A program made the position numbers and the translations under genes. 64,000 nt of DNA, from the NCBI GenBank assembly GCA_963729895.1, contig CAVSQB010000015.1, forward strand, positions 8,549 to 72,548. The letters are read 5' to 3'. Shown one piece after another: positions 10,008-17,415 of the stretch. The stretch comes from an uncultured Fibrobacterota bacterium (GTDB lineage Bacteria > Fibrobacterota > Chitinivibrionia > Chitinivibrionales > FEN-1185). Numbering within the stretch: the first letter of the stretch is position 1; the number at the start of each line of letters is the position of its first letter. The notes beneath the pieces were generated by a model. It worked only from the letters and a program-made list of their open reading frames with translations. It ran no database searches and was not told where the DNA came from.

Positions 10008-10228
10008 GTTGGGCGTTACCCTCGCCATGCTCGGGTCGGCCCCACCCCGTCGGGTGCTTCCAAGGGTCGTCCTTTCGGGCTCGGCTGGCAAGCCTCGGTG
10101 CCGCACTGCCCCTATGGGCCCTTCGGGCCGGGGTCAGGCGGCACTGCGCTCCGGCGCACCACTCCAGTCCGGCCTAACGCGAAAAGCAAAGAAGCAAATG
10201 TTGTCTTCGCCTTTCCCCCTTCAGTGGC
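10008..10228. repeat. GC-rich intergenic repeat, copy A (partner at 19710-19893)
   Basis: Aligns by eye with 19710-19893. Both begin GTTGGGCGTT.CCCTCGC..GCTCGGGTCGGCCC and share GCCTCGGTGCCG, GCCCCTATG, CCTTCGG, GGCACTGC and GCCTAACGCGA in the same order. Copy A carries an extra block of about 25 nt. Confidence 0.75.
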
Positions 10229-10366
10229 GCAGCTGCGGCCGGATGACCAGGGGCGAGGACGAGTCCGCATTTCTCGAAGAGAAATGCTTCACAATATCTT
10301 TTCCATTGTTCCGCAGCCCCCTGAGGGCCGCAGCGATAAAGCGCCACTGCGGGGCGGCGCGGGGTT

Positions 10367-10398
10367 CCAAGGGGTGCTCGCAGGAGAGCACCCCTTGG
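10367..10398. other. Perfect 13-bp stem hairpin (CCAAGGGGTGCTC / GAGCACCCCTTGG, 6-nt loop) in a structured intergenic stretch
   Basis: Read directly from the sequence. It is followed by a GGGGG-TGAAA-CCCCC hairpin at 10408-10422, and a long-range complementary pair (10222-10240 with 10326-10349) lies upstream of it. Confidence 0.6.
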
Positions 10399-10521
10399 TC
10401 GGGGTTTGGGGGTGAAACCCCCTGCCGAACGCAATTGACAACAAAGTGGGGTGTCGCCCCGAGGCATAAAAGCCCGCCGACGCTGTCTGGCGCTCCAGTC
10501 ACTAGACATTGCGAAGCGTGT

Positions 10522-11816
10522 TGCCTCATAATAAAAGGTAACCGAAGGGTCAGATTCGATGCCTCACAAATGAGGTAACCGTAACAAGGTTGAAAATGGT
10601 TTTGAGTTTTCTTTCGATAGTCTTTTTTAATTGGAATGGATTGAGAGCACGGTGGGTCAGTTCAAGGCTTTGCTTGACTTCTGAAGCTATGTAAGGTGAT
10701 TCAACGATTCTTTGATAGGGAGTTTTCGGTTCTTCATAGGTCTTGCGGTATCGAGATCCTATCCGGATTTTAGATTTGAGTTTCAGCGATGGACAGAAGT
10801 GGTTTTGATAGAGAGACCACTCGTTGGCATAGAGGTCGTTAATGAGGGGAAGCGTGTCGGGGTTTTCGATCCGATCATAACCAAGCATGTGCCTGGCCTG
10901 CGCCCAGTTTTTCTGTTCGACATGGGCGTTGTCGTTTTTCTTGTAGGGACGTGACCGGGTGAACTTTACAGGGTCTTGTCGCACGGCGAAGTAGCGTTCG
11001 AGATGATAGTTGAGGAACTCGGACCCGTTATCACAGTCAAAGCCACGCAGGGCAAAAGGTATTCGTCGTTCGATGTCTTTAACCTGCTCAATGACACCCT
11101 GGGAGCCCTTATTCCACACAGCACGGCCTTCGGTCCAAGCAGTATGGATGTCAGTCATGATAAGGCTCCACACAAATTCTCCGGCAAGGCTGGTGCCGCA
11201 ATGGGCAACCGTATCCGCCTCCATGAATCCAGGCTGGGTAATATCCCAGTTGTCGGTACGGATGGGGATTTGATTGCGCAGCATGGAGCCGGGCTTGGTG
11301 CCGCACAATCCCTTGCCCATACGCGTACGTAAAGGGCATAGGACGCGGTCAAGCGTGGAGCGGCTGACAGAGAGGAGCCGCGCACGGACTTCCTCGGAAA
11401 GCAGTTCAAAGGATTGTTCGTAGAATGGCAGCCATACTGGAATGACAACCTTAAGGCGGCGAGAGCACATGAAATCAGAGGCTTTCCAGATGTACTGTAA
11501 CGCCTTAATAAAAAGCGGTTCAGCATATAAGGGTCTTCTTCCACGCTTGGCTTTTTGTTTCTGTTTGCGTTTTCCAAGTAGCCGGATAGCGTACTTGCGA
11601 TTGTATCGGCAAATCGCACAAAACTCATCGAGAATCTGCTTTTTGCCGGCTCTGTTGGAATGGGCATATCGTTGTCGTATCGCTTCCCGATATGCTTCTT
11701 TTTCTTTGTGCCCCATAGTGGTAACCCCCTTTTTTCTTGGGTTACCTTAATTATGAGGCAACGAATCAATTGGTGCGTGTTTCGATTAAGCCTTCGGTTA
11801 CATTTAATTTGAGGCA
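10522..11816 (-). mobile_element. Insertion sequence (about 1.3 kb) with an rve/DDE transposase and doubled terminal inverted repeats
   Basis: Outer IRs: 10522-10548 (TGCCTCATAATAAAAGGTAACCGAAGG) and 11791-11816 (reverse complement TGCCTCAAATTAAATGTAACCGAAGG). A second related copy lies inside each end (10560-10581 and 11739-11761). One transposase ORF fills the interior. Confidence 0.85.
10550..11716 (-). CDS. DDE (rve/integrase-core) transposase; ISNCY/IS481-like by eye, family unverified
   Basis: 388 aa. N-terminal HTH-like region, then catalytic-core motifs EADTVAHCG, GFDCDNGSEF and NDNAHVEQKN (D, D, E). Confidence 0.85.
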   Translation of the reverse strand: MGHKEKEAYREAIRQRYAHSNRAGKKQILDEFCAICRYNRKYAIRLLGKRKQKQKAKRGRRPLYAEPLFIKALQYIWKASDFMCSRRLKVVIPVWLPFYEQSFELLSEEVRARLLSVSRSTLDRVLCPLRTRMGKGLCGTKPGSMLRNQIPIRTDNWDITQPGFMEADTVAHCGTSLAGEFVWSLIMTDIHTAWTEGRAVWNKGSQGVIEQVKDIERRIPFALRGFDCDNGSEFLNYHLERYFAVRQDPVKFTRSRPYKKNDNAHVEQKNWAQARHMLGYDRIENPDTLPLINDLYANEWSLYQNHFCPSLKLKSKIRIGSRYRKTYEEPKTPYQRIVESPYIASEVKQSLELTHRALNPFQLKKTIERKLKTIFNLVTVTSFVRHRI

Positions 11817-11846
11817 ATGCGGAAGCACTTTTGCTCCAGATAGTGG

Positions 11847-11875
11847 TTGAACCAATCAATAAGTATTGGTATAAT
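11847..11875 (+). promoter_or_regulatory. Near-consensus sigma70-type promoter (TTGAAC - 17 nt - TATAAT)
   Basis: The -35 TTGAAC is at 11847-11852 and the -10 TATAAT at 11870-11875, with an exact 17-nt spacer. It lies 31 bp beyond the IS end and 14 nt upstream of ATG 11889. Sequence pattern only. Confidence 0.35.
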
Positions 11876-11888
11876 TATTCCATCATCC

Positions 11889-12905
11889 ATGGAAAAAGCC
11901 ACCCATTCAATCGACGGTAATCCTGACTCCAACCTCGGGCTTGTCGGAACATCCGCCTACCTTCAACGACTGCGCCAGGACATCCGCCGCGTCGCGTCGG
12001 GTAATTTTCCGGTGATGGTGCGGGGCGAATCGGGCACGGGAAAAGACATCATCGCCCGGGCGATCCACACGTGCGGGAAAAGAAACAGCAGGCGGATGGT
12101 TGTCCTCAATTGCGCCGCGATCCCAAGGCATCTCGAGGAAGCGGAACTTTTCGGCTACGCAAAGGGCGCGGCCGGCGGCGCAATGGTGCTGAAGCAAGGC
12201 ATCATCGAAACCGCGGACTCGTCGACCCTGTTCCTCGACGAGGTGAGCGAGATTTCCGGCGAACTCCAGGCCAAGCTGCTGCGAGTTATTGATAAAGGCG
12301 AATTCATTCCGGAAGGATCAACCGCGGTGAAGAAGGTGGACGTGCGCATCGTGAGCGCCACGAACCGCGACATCGAGGCCATGGTGAAAAACAAGACATT
12401 CCGCCAGGACCTGTTCTACCGCCTCAAAGGCGCGGTTATCGCCACGCGCCCGCTCGCCTACCACAGGGACGATATTCCGGTGCTCATCGACCACTTTCTC
12501 GGCATGCAGGACGACCCGAAAATCCCGCGCCGCATATCGCCCGCGGCGCTGCACCTGCTCACGGACTACGCGTGGCCGGGCAACGTCCGGGAACTCAAAT
12601 ACACCGTGGAAGTCATCTGCATGGCGGGCATCGGCCTTAAATCGATCGACGAGCAAACCGTGCGCTCGGTGCTCAAGATGAACGCGGCCGCTCCCGAACA
12701 GCCCCTCACCTACAGAGAAGCGAAAGCCGCAACGATGCACGATTTCGAAACGCGGTATTTCACCAAGCTGCTCACCCACTTCAAAGGAAACCTCAACCAG
12801 GCCTCAAAAGTTGCAGGCATGTACAGGCCGAACCTTCTTAAGAAATTGAAACAGTTGAGTATTTCGCAGAATGCGTTCAGGCCGGAGAAGAGACGGGTTG
12901 ACTGA
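11889..12905 (+). CDS. Stand-alone sigma54-type AAA+ transcriptional activator (PspF-like architecture) with a degenerate GAFTGA loop
   Basis: Walker A GESGTGKDIIARAIH, Walker B TLFLDEVSEIS, and a C-terminal Fis-type HTH (NLNQASKVAGMYRPNLLKKLK). There is no receiver or sensor domain. The loop reads GAAGGA (12165-12182) where GAFTGA is expected. The ORF-track TTG at 11847 coincides with the putative -35, so ATG 11889 is preferred. Confidence 0.85.
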   Translation: MEKATHSIDGNPDSNLGLVGTSAYLQRLRQDIRRVASGNFPVMVRGESGTGKDIIARAIHTCGKRNSRRMVVLNCAAIPRHLEEAELFGYAKGAAGGAMVLKQGIIETADSSTLFLDEVSEISGELQAKLLRVIDKGEFIPEGSTAVKKVDVRIVSATNRDIEAMVKNKTFRQDLFYRLKGAVIATRPLAYHRDDIPVLIDHFLGMQDDPKIPRRISPAALHLLTDYAWPGNVRELKYTVEVICMAGIGLKSIDEQTVRSVLKMNAAAPEQPLTYREAKAATMHDFETRYFTKLLTHFKGNLNQASKVAGMYRPNLLKKLKQLSISQNAFRPEKRRVD

Positions 12906-13196
12906 AGGGGCATTATGGACAATAAGACCTCAAAACCAGCTCCCAAATTTGTCAAAATAGCACAGAAATACGCTAAAGAACTTCTAATCGCGTTTGCATT
13001 CGCTATTGTTGCTGCGGTTATTTATGAATACTATGCAGATTACAATCGACACAGAATATTAGAGAATAATACAAAAGCTGTTGCGACCCTATTTGTCTTC
13101 AATTCCAAGATGAGATGGTCCGGGATTTTTGAACAGGAAATAATGGTTTCTTAGTTGGATTCCGAGGGTATTTTTTCATTATCAAAGGAGTCCAAC

Positions 13197-13559
13197 ATGA
13201 ACCGGAAGCAGCAAGCGAAGGCCGCCGCGATGTCCCCGAACAGCGATGGCAACCCCGCCAAGCGGACCCGCCGCAAGATCGACGACGCTCTGAAGACGAA
13301 GGTGGTTCTGGAAGCCTTGAAGGAGGCCGAACCGCTGTCCGTTTTGGCAAGTCGGTACGAAGTCCATCCCAACCAGATAGCTCAGTGGCGCAGGCAGTTT
13401 CTTGGCAACGCGCAGATGGCTTTTTCGGGAGACAAGAACGCCGAGCAAGAGCTTGAGCGCGTTCGCGGTGATCGCGATGAGTATGCACGCAAGGTCGGGG
13501 AGCTGACCATGGATGTCGAGTTCCTAAAAAAAAACTTGCGGAAGCTGGGCATGCTATGA
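13197..13559 (+). CDS. IS3-family transposase OrfA (HTH)
   Basis: AAGGAG lies 7 nt upstream of ATG 13197. HTH and leucine-zipper-like region. Ends just after an A9 slippery run at 13526-13534. Confidence 0.85.
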   Translation: MNRKQQAKAAAMSPNSDGNPAKRTRRKIDDALKTKVVLEALKEAEPLSVLASRYEVHPNQIAQWRRQFLGNAQMAFSGDKNAEQELERVRGDRDEYARKVGELTMDVEFLKKNLRKLGML

Positions 13560-14398
13560 GAGCAAAGATGGCCGATTCTACAAGCGAGGACTTGACTTTG
13601 AAGAGGCAGTGTTCGCTGCTTTCCATTTGTCGGACCTCGATTTACTATACGCCGCAGACTAGTCCGATGAACAAGTTGCTCATGGATCGTATCGATGAGC
13701 TATTCACCGATGACCCCACGCGGGGCACCAGAAGGCTCCGGGCGGCCATGAGGCGTCAGTTTGGGCTGGAGGTTGGGCGCAGCAAGATTCGCAGGCTGAT
13801 GGCCCGTATGGGCCTCCACGCGATCTACCGGGCCCTGAACACCTCGAAGCCCAATAAGGCACACAAGAAGTACCCGTATCTGCTTCGTGGCGTAGTGGTC
13901 AACCACCCCAACCAGGTGTGGAGCACCGATATCACCTACATCCGCCTCAACGGCGGCTTCGCTTACCTCTGCGCCGTTATCGACTGGTACAGTCGGTGCG
14001 TCCTTGCATGGCGTCTGTCGACCTCGCTGGACAGCGGCTTCTGCATCGAAGTTCTCAAGGAGGCACTGGCGAAGTACGGAGAACCGGAAATCTTCAACTC
14101 GGATCAGGGATGTCAGTTCACCAGCGAGGAGTTCACCTCGGTGCTCCTTGAACGCGGTATCCGGATCAGCATGGACGGACGAGGGCGGGCGCTGGATAAC
14201 GTGTTTGTCGAGAGGCTGTGGCGAACGGTCAAGTACGACGACATCTACATACGGGGGTACAGCTCCGTTGCCGAGTGCCGCACCGGCCTTGCGGAGTTCT
14301 TTGAACGGTACAACAACCGGAGGGAGCACTCGTCCCTCCTTTACAACTATCCAATGGAAGTGTATATTGGTGAGGTAGTGCTATCAAAGGCAGCTTGA
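13556..14398 (+). CDS. IS3-family transposase OrfB (integrase core), expressed as OrfAB by -1 frameshift
   Basis: rve core (WSTDITYI, NSDQGCQFTS, conserved E further downstream). It lies in the -1 frame relative to OrfA, and that frame is open from the A9 run onward. Confidence 0.85.
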   Translation: MRAKMADSTSEDLTLKRQCSLLSICRTSIYYTPQTSPMNKLLMDRIDELFTDDPTRGTRRLRAAMRRQFGLEVGRSKIRRLMARMGLHAIYRALNTSKPNKAHKKYPYLLRGVVVNHPNQVWSTDITYIRLNGGFAYLCAVIDWYSRCVLAWRLSTSLDSGFCIEVLKEALAKYGEPEIFNSDQGCQFTSEEFTSVLLERGIRISMDGRGRALDNVFVERLWRTVKYDDIYIRGYSSVAECRTGLAEFFERYNNRREHSSLLYNYPMEVYIGEVVLSKAA

Positions 14399-15524
14399 CG
14401 AGCAAGACAGGCAAGGCCAACTAAGCAATCAGAAATTCCTGTCAAGAAAAGTCGACCATCTCAAGATGGACCAAATAGCTACTGGAAGCGGCATATTTAT
14501 AAGCCCAAATGGCAAGCTTGTAACTAACTCTCATGTGATTGAAGGGTATTCCACAGTGCGTGCAAAGTTGTCATCGGGCGCATACTATGTACTGAAAGGC
14601 GTCGTCGGAGCAAGTAAGAGGCATGATTTGGCCATTTTGCAATTCGAGGCAAATGATGTGCCGTATGTTAGAATCAAGAAGATTGACAAAGTCACGATAG
14701 GAGAATCTGTATTTACAATAGGATCACCGTTGGGTTTAGAAAAAACTGTCACTGAAGGCATTATCAGCAATCCCGAACGAAAAGATGGAGATATAGAATT
14801 AATTCAGTTCACCGCACCAATTTCGTCGGGAAATAGCGGTGGCGGATTGTTTAACCAAAAGGGAATAATTCTCGGTATTACTTCAAATACGATATTGCCT
14901 ACACGAACGGATGAAGCCGTTCAAAATATCAATTTTGCTGTGCCAATAAAATATGTAGAAAAGGCTTCCACGGGAAATGATATTGAATTTACGGAGAATA
15001 GCCCGGATTACTTTTATTCTGAGGGTGTGATATATAATAACAAGAAGGAATATGACAAAGCTGAGGAATCATTCAAAAGCGCGATTCAAACAGATTCGCA
15101 ATACGCAAATGCATATATTGACCTTGGCGATGTTTATTATAAGACTGGCAAGTGCGAAGAAGAAGTAAATGTTCTCTTGTATGCTCAAAAATTGATGCCA
15201 AATAATCCGGATGTGAACTTTTCTCTAGCCACGGCCTATGAAGACATTTCAGAGTACAGGTTGGCCATAGAGACCTATGAAAAGGTATTAAAATACCGAC
15301 CGGACGATAAGGATGCCCTAGACAATGTGTGTTTGTTATACATAATTATTGGACAAAATAGGAACGCTATTGAACATATCAAGCAGTTAAGTAAATTGGA
15401 TGTTGGAATGAGTAATGAGCTTGATATTCTTGTGAAACGAACCAGCAAATAAGGTGGCCCACGCGAATCTTACTTCTTGTGTCCAGCGGTTTCTTTTTTC
15501 GCTCTTAACAAGGAGGCTGCATTC

Positions 15525-16019
15525 ATGACTTACCCCACAGATCGCGCCTTGCAGATTGCGGTCGAGATGGAGCGGCTCGGGCAGACGTTCTACGAGTCGC
15601 TGGCAAAGGGTTGCGCCAATGCGGCCATTGCCGCGCTCGCGTCGGACCTTGCCCGCGCAGAAAAACAGCATGTAGTGGTCTTTTCGCGCATGATCGAGGG
15701 GCTTCCCCCGGTGCTTCGCGGTCCAAAGTTGACGGAACAGGAACTGTACGCCGCCGCAAAGGAGCTTCGCGTGGATATCATGCCGGGCTCGGCGGTGGTA
15801 CGCGACGCGGTGCTGGAGGCCGACCTGGGCAAGGTCCTGGAAATGGCAATAGACATGGAGTCCAAGGCGGTCGGCTATTACACGGGCCAAAGCTTCGGCG
15901 CGGAGGGGGTTGATTCGGCGGCGTTGTCGAGAATCGCGGACGAAGAGAAGAAGCATTTGAAAGTGCTCCGTGAGCGCCGCATGCGGCTGTTTTCTTCTCC
16001 AGGAACGACTGCAATGTAA
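15525..16019 (+). CDS. Ferritin-like / rubrerythrin-family diiron protein
   Basis: Two E..H motifs (AEKQH, EEKKH) plus upstream Glu residues (EMER, MESK). AAGGAGG lies upstream of ATG 15525. Confidence 0.7.
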   Translation: MTYPTDRALQIAVEMERLGQTFYESLAKGCANAAIAALASDLARAEKQHVVVFSRMIEGLPPVLRGPKLTEQELYAAAKELRVDIMPGSAVVRDAVLEADLGKVLEMAIDMESKAVGYYTGQSFGAEGVDSAALSRIADEEKKHLKVLRERRMRLFSSPGTTAM

Positions 16020-16085
16020 GAAACCCTCCCGGACAAAGAACGGCGCGCCATGACACATTGACGACAAAAAGGAAGCCGTTTCGCC

Positions 16086-16568
16086 ATGAACCCGAGAATA
16101 GAAACATTGACCGAAAAGAAACTGATCGGGAAACGGATTACCATGTCTTTTTCCGACGACAGGACCTTTCAACTGTGGCGAAGCTTTATGCCGAGACGAA
16201 AAGAAATTCAAAACAGCGTCGGCTCGGACCTTTATTGCGTGCAAGTGTATGCTGCCATGGATTTCAACAATGTTAACCCGGCTGCGGCATTTGACAAATG
16301 GGCGGCCATTGAAGTGGCCGATTTTACTGCAGTTCCCGATGGAATGGAAACCATCACGCTGCCGGCCGGACTTTACGCGGTCTTTCTGCATACCGGAGCT
16401 GCAAGCATAGGTCCAAAGACATTTCAATATATTTTCGGGACATGGCTGCCGAATTCCGATTACTCTCTTGACAACAGGCCGCATTTTGAGATATTGGGAG
16501 AGAAATACAAGAATGAAGATCCACGTTCCGAAGAGGAATTATGGATACCTGTCAAACCGAAGCAATAA
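16086..16568 (+). CDS. GyrI-like small-molecule-binding domain protein (AraC effector-binding-domain type)
   Basis: 160 aa. The opening MNPRIETLTEKKLIGKRITMS..., two pseudo-repeated halves and the ending ...EEELWIPVKPK are typical of stand-alone GyrI-like proteins. Confidence 0.8.
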   Translation: MNPRIETLTEKKLIGKRITMSFSDDRTFQLWRSFMPRRKEIQNSVGSDLYCVQVYAAMDFNNVNPAAAFDKWAAIEVADFTAVPDGMETITLPAGLYAVFLHTGAASIGPKTFQYIFGTWLPNSDYSLDNRPHFEILGEKYKNEDPRSEEELWIPVKPKQ

Positions 16569-16650
16569 CGGACACTTTGCCAGGCCTTCAATTGCGACTC
16601 GCGGGCAACGCGGGGCTTAGGTTAGACATCACGGAGAATCTCAACGCATC

Positions 16651-17319
16651 ATGAAACTGCCCCGCTTCTTTAAACGCAAGGAATGTTTGGTCCCCACGCC
16701 GTGGACATGGTGTGCTGCGCTTGTGGCGTGCGCTCTCGGACTGCTCGTGTTTGCCTTCTCCATCCAGCCGTTTCTTGCACCGGTCCATCCGGTGAATGCC
16801 CGCATCCTCGTTGTTGAAGGATGGATACCCGAATATGCGCTCGAAGAGGCCGTTGCCGACTTCAGGACCAATAGATACGCGGTTGTCGTGGTTACGGGAG
16901 GTCCGGTCGAATCGGGCCATTTCCTCATCGGATACAAATCGCTCGCCGGCGTAGGCGCCGCCACGCTGAGGAAACTCGGCGTCGACAGTTCCCGCATTGC
17001 CGTGGTCCCTTCGCCGTTTGTCCAGAAAGACCGCACTTACGAGGAAGCGGTGTCGCTCAAGCGCTGGCTCGCGCGGAATCCGGACCTGGGAAAATCTCTC
17101 AATCTCTATTCCATCGGATGCCATTCGAGACGGTCCCAGCTTTTGTATTCCCGGGTGCTGGGCACGGCGTATACCGTGGGAATCGTGGCGTGCCCCGACC
17201 GCGGGTACGACAGCCGCAGGTGGTGGCGCTACAGCAACGGCGTCCGGGCCGTGGCCGACGAAACCCTGGCCTGCTGTTATGCGTTCCTGTTTTCCATCTT
17301 TGCATCCGCGACAGACTAG
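16651..17319 (+). CDS. DUF218 (YdcF/ElyC-like) protein with N-terminal TM
   Basis: ILVVEGW ... VVVVTGG ... LYSIGCHSRRS pattern of the DUF218 family. The longer antisense ORF 16588-17343 has no domain logic. Confidence 0.7.
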   Translation: MKLPRFFKRKECLVPTPWTWCAALVACALGLLVFAFSIQPFLAPVHPVNARILVVEGWIPEYALEEAVADFRTNRYAVVVVTGGPVESGHFLIGYKSLAGVGAATLRKLGVDSSRIAVVPSPFVQKDRTYEEAVSLKRWLARNPDLGKSLNLYSIGCHSRRSQLLYSRVLGTAYTVGIVACPDRGYDSRRWWRYSNGVRAVADETLACCYAFLFSIFASATD

Positions 17320-17415
17320 CCTTCCGGCATCGCGCCGGCACAAGCATCGTCCTTGAAAAACGGAAGTCGGTGAAGTACAATCTGATTACCAACGGCGCCG
17401 CGGTCCACAGGTTCG

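Larger units (their letters stand above)
13111..14463 (+). mobile_element. IS3-family insertion sequence (1353 bp)
   Basis: TG...CA termini. IRs: TGAGATGGTCCGGGATTTTTGAACAGGAA (13111-) versus the reverse complement of ...TTCCTGTCAAGAAAAGTCGACCATCTCA (-14463). 3-bp target duplication AGA (13108-13110 and 14464-14466). Two ORFs in frames 0 and -1. Confidence 0.9.
12915..15452 (+). pseudogene. Membrane-anchored trypsin-like (S1C/HtrA-type fold) serine protease with C-terminal TPR repeats, interrupted by an IS3 element
   Basis: The N-terminal fragment (12915-13110) encodes a TM anchor. The C-terminal fragment (14466-15452) has the His (TNSHV), Asp (HDLAIL) and Ser (GNSGGG) triad plus TPRs. Removing 13111-14463 and one AGA copy joins ...VFNSK to MDQIATGSG... 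in frame. Confidence 0.85.

Noticed and set aside
10338-10425. Possible cobalamin riboswitch, because GCGCCACTG (B12-box-like) and GGGTGAAACCCC (GGTGAAA-like) both occur.
   Set aside because: The elements are in the wrong order, since the B12 box should follow the GGUGAAA region. The GGGAA/AGCCAGGAGAC features are absent. No downstream gene on that strand would be regulated, because the next feature is an IS end.
9909-10578. ORFs of 168 and 189 aa (9909-10415 and 10009-10578) spanning the intergenic repeat and the hairpin region.
   Set aside because: The translations are Gly/Arg/Pro-rich with no motifs. The second repeat copy does not preserve any of these frames because of indels. The region is better explained as non-coding repeat and structured DNA.
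11847-11888. ORF-track start (TTG 11847) for the AAA+ activator, and the idea that the upstream IS truncated an N-terminal sensor domain.
   Set aside because: The TTG coincides with a -35-like hexamer. Sequence left of the IS (10200-10521) encodes nothing resembling a receiver, GAF or PAS domain in any plus-strand frame. The protein is more simply a natively short PspF-like form starting at ATG 11889.
12915-13154. 79-aa ORF treated as an independent small membrane protein.
   Set aside because: Its last 15 codons are IS3 terminal sequence. It is the 5' fragment of the protease-TPR gene (see the split-gene finding).
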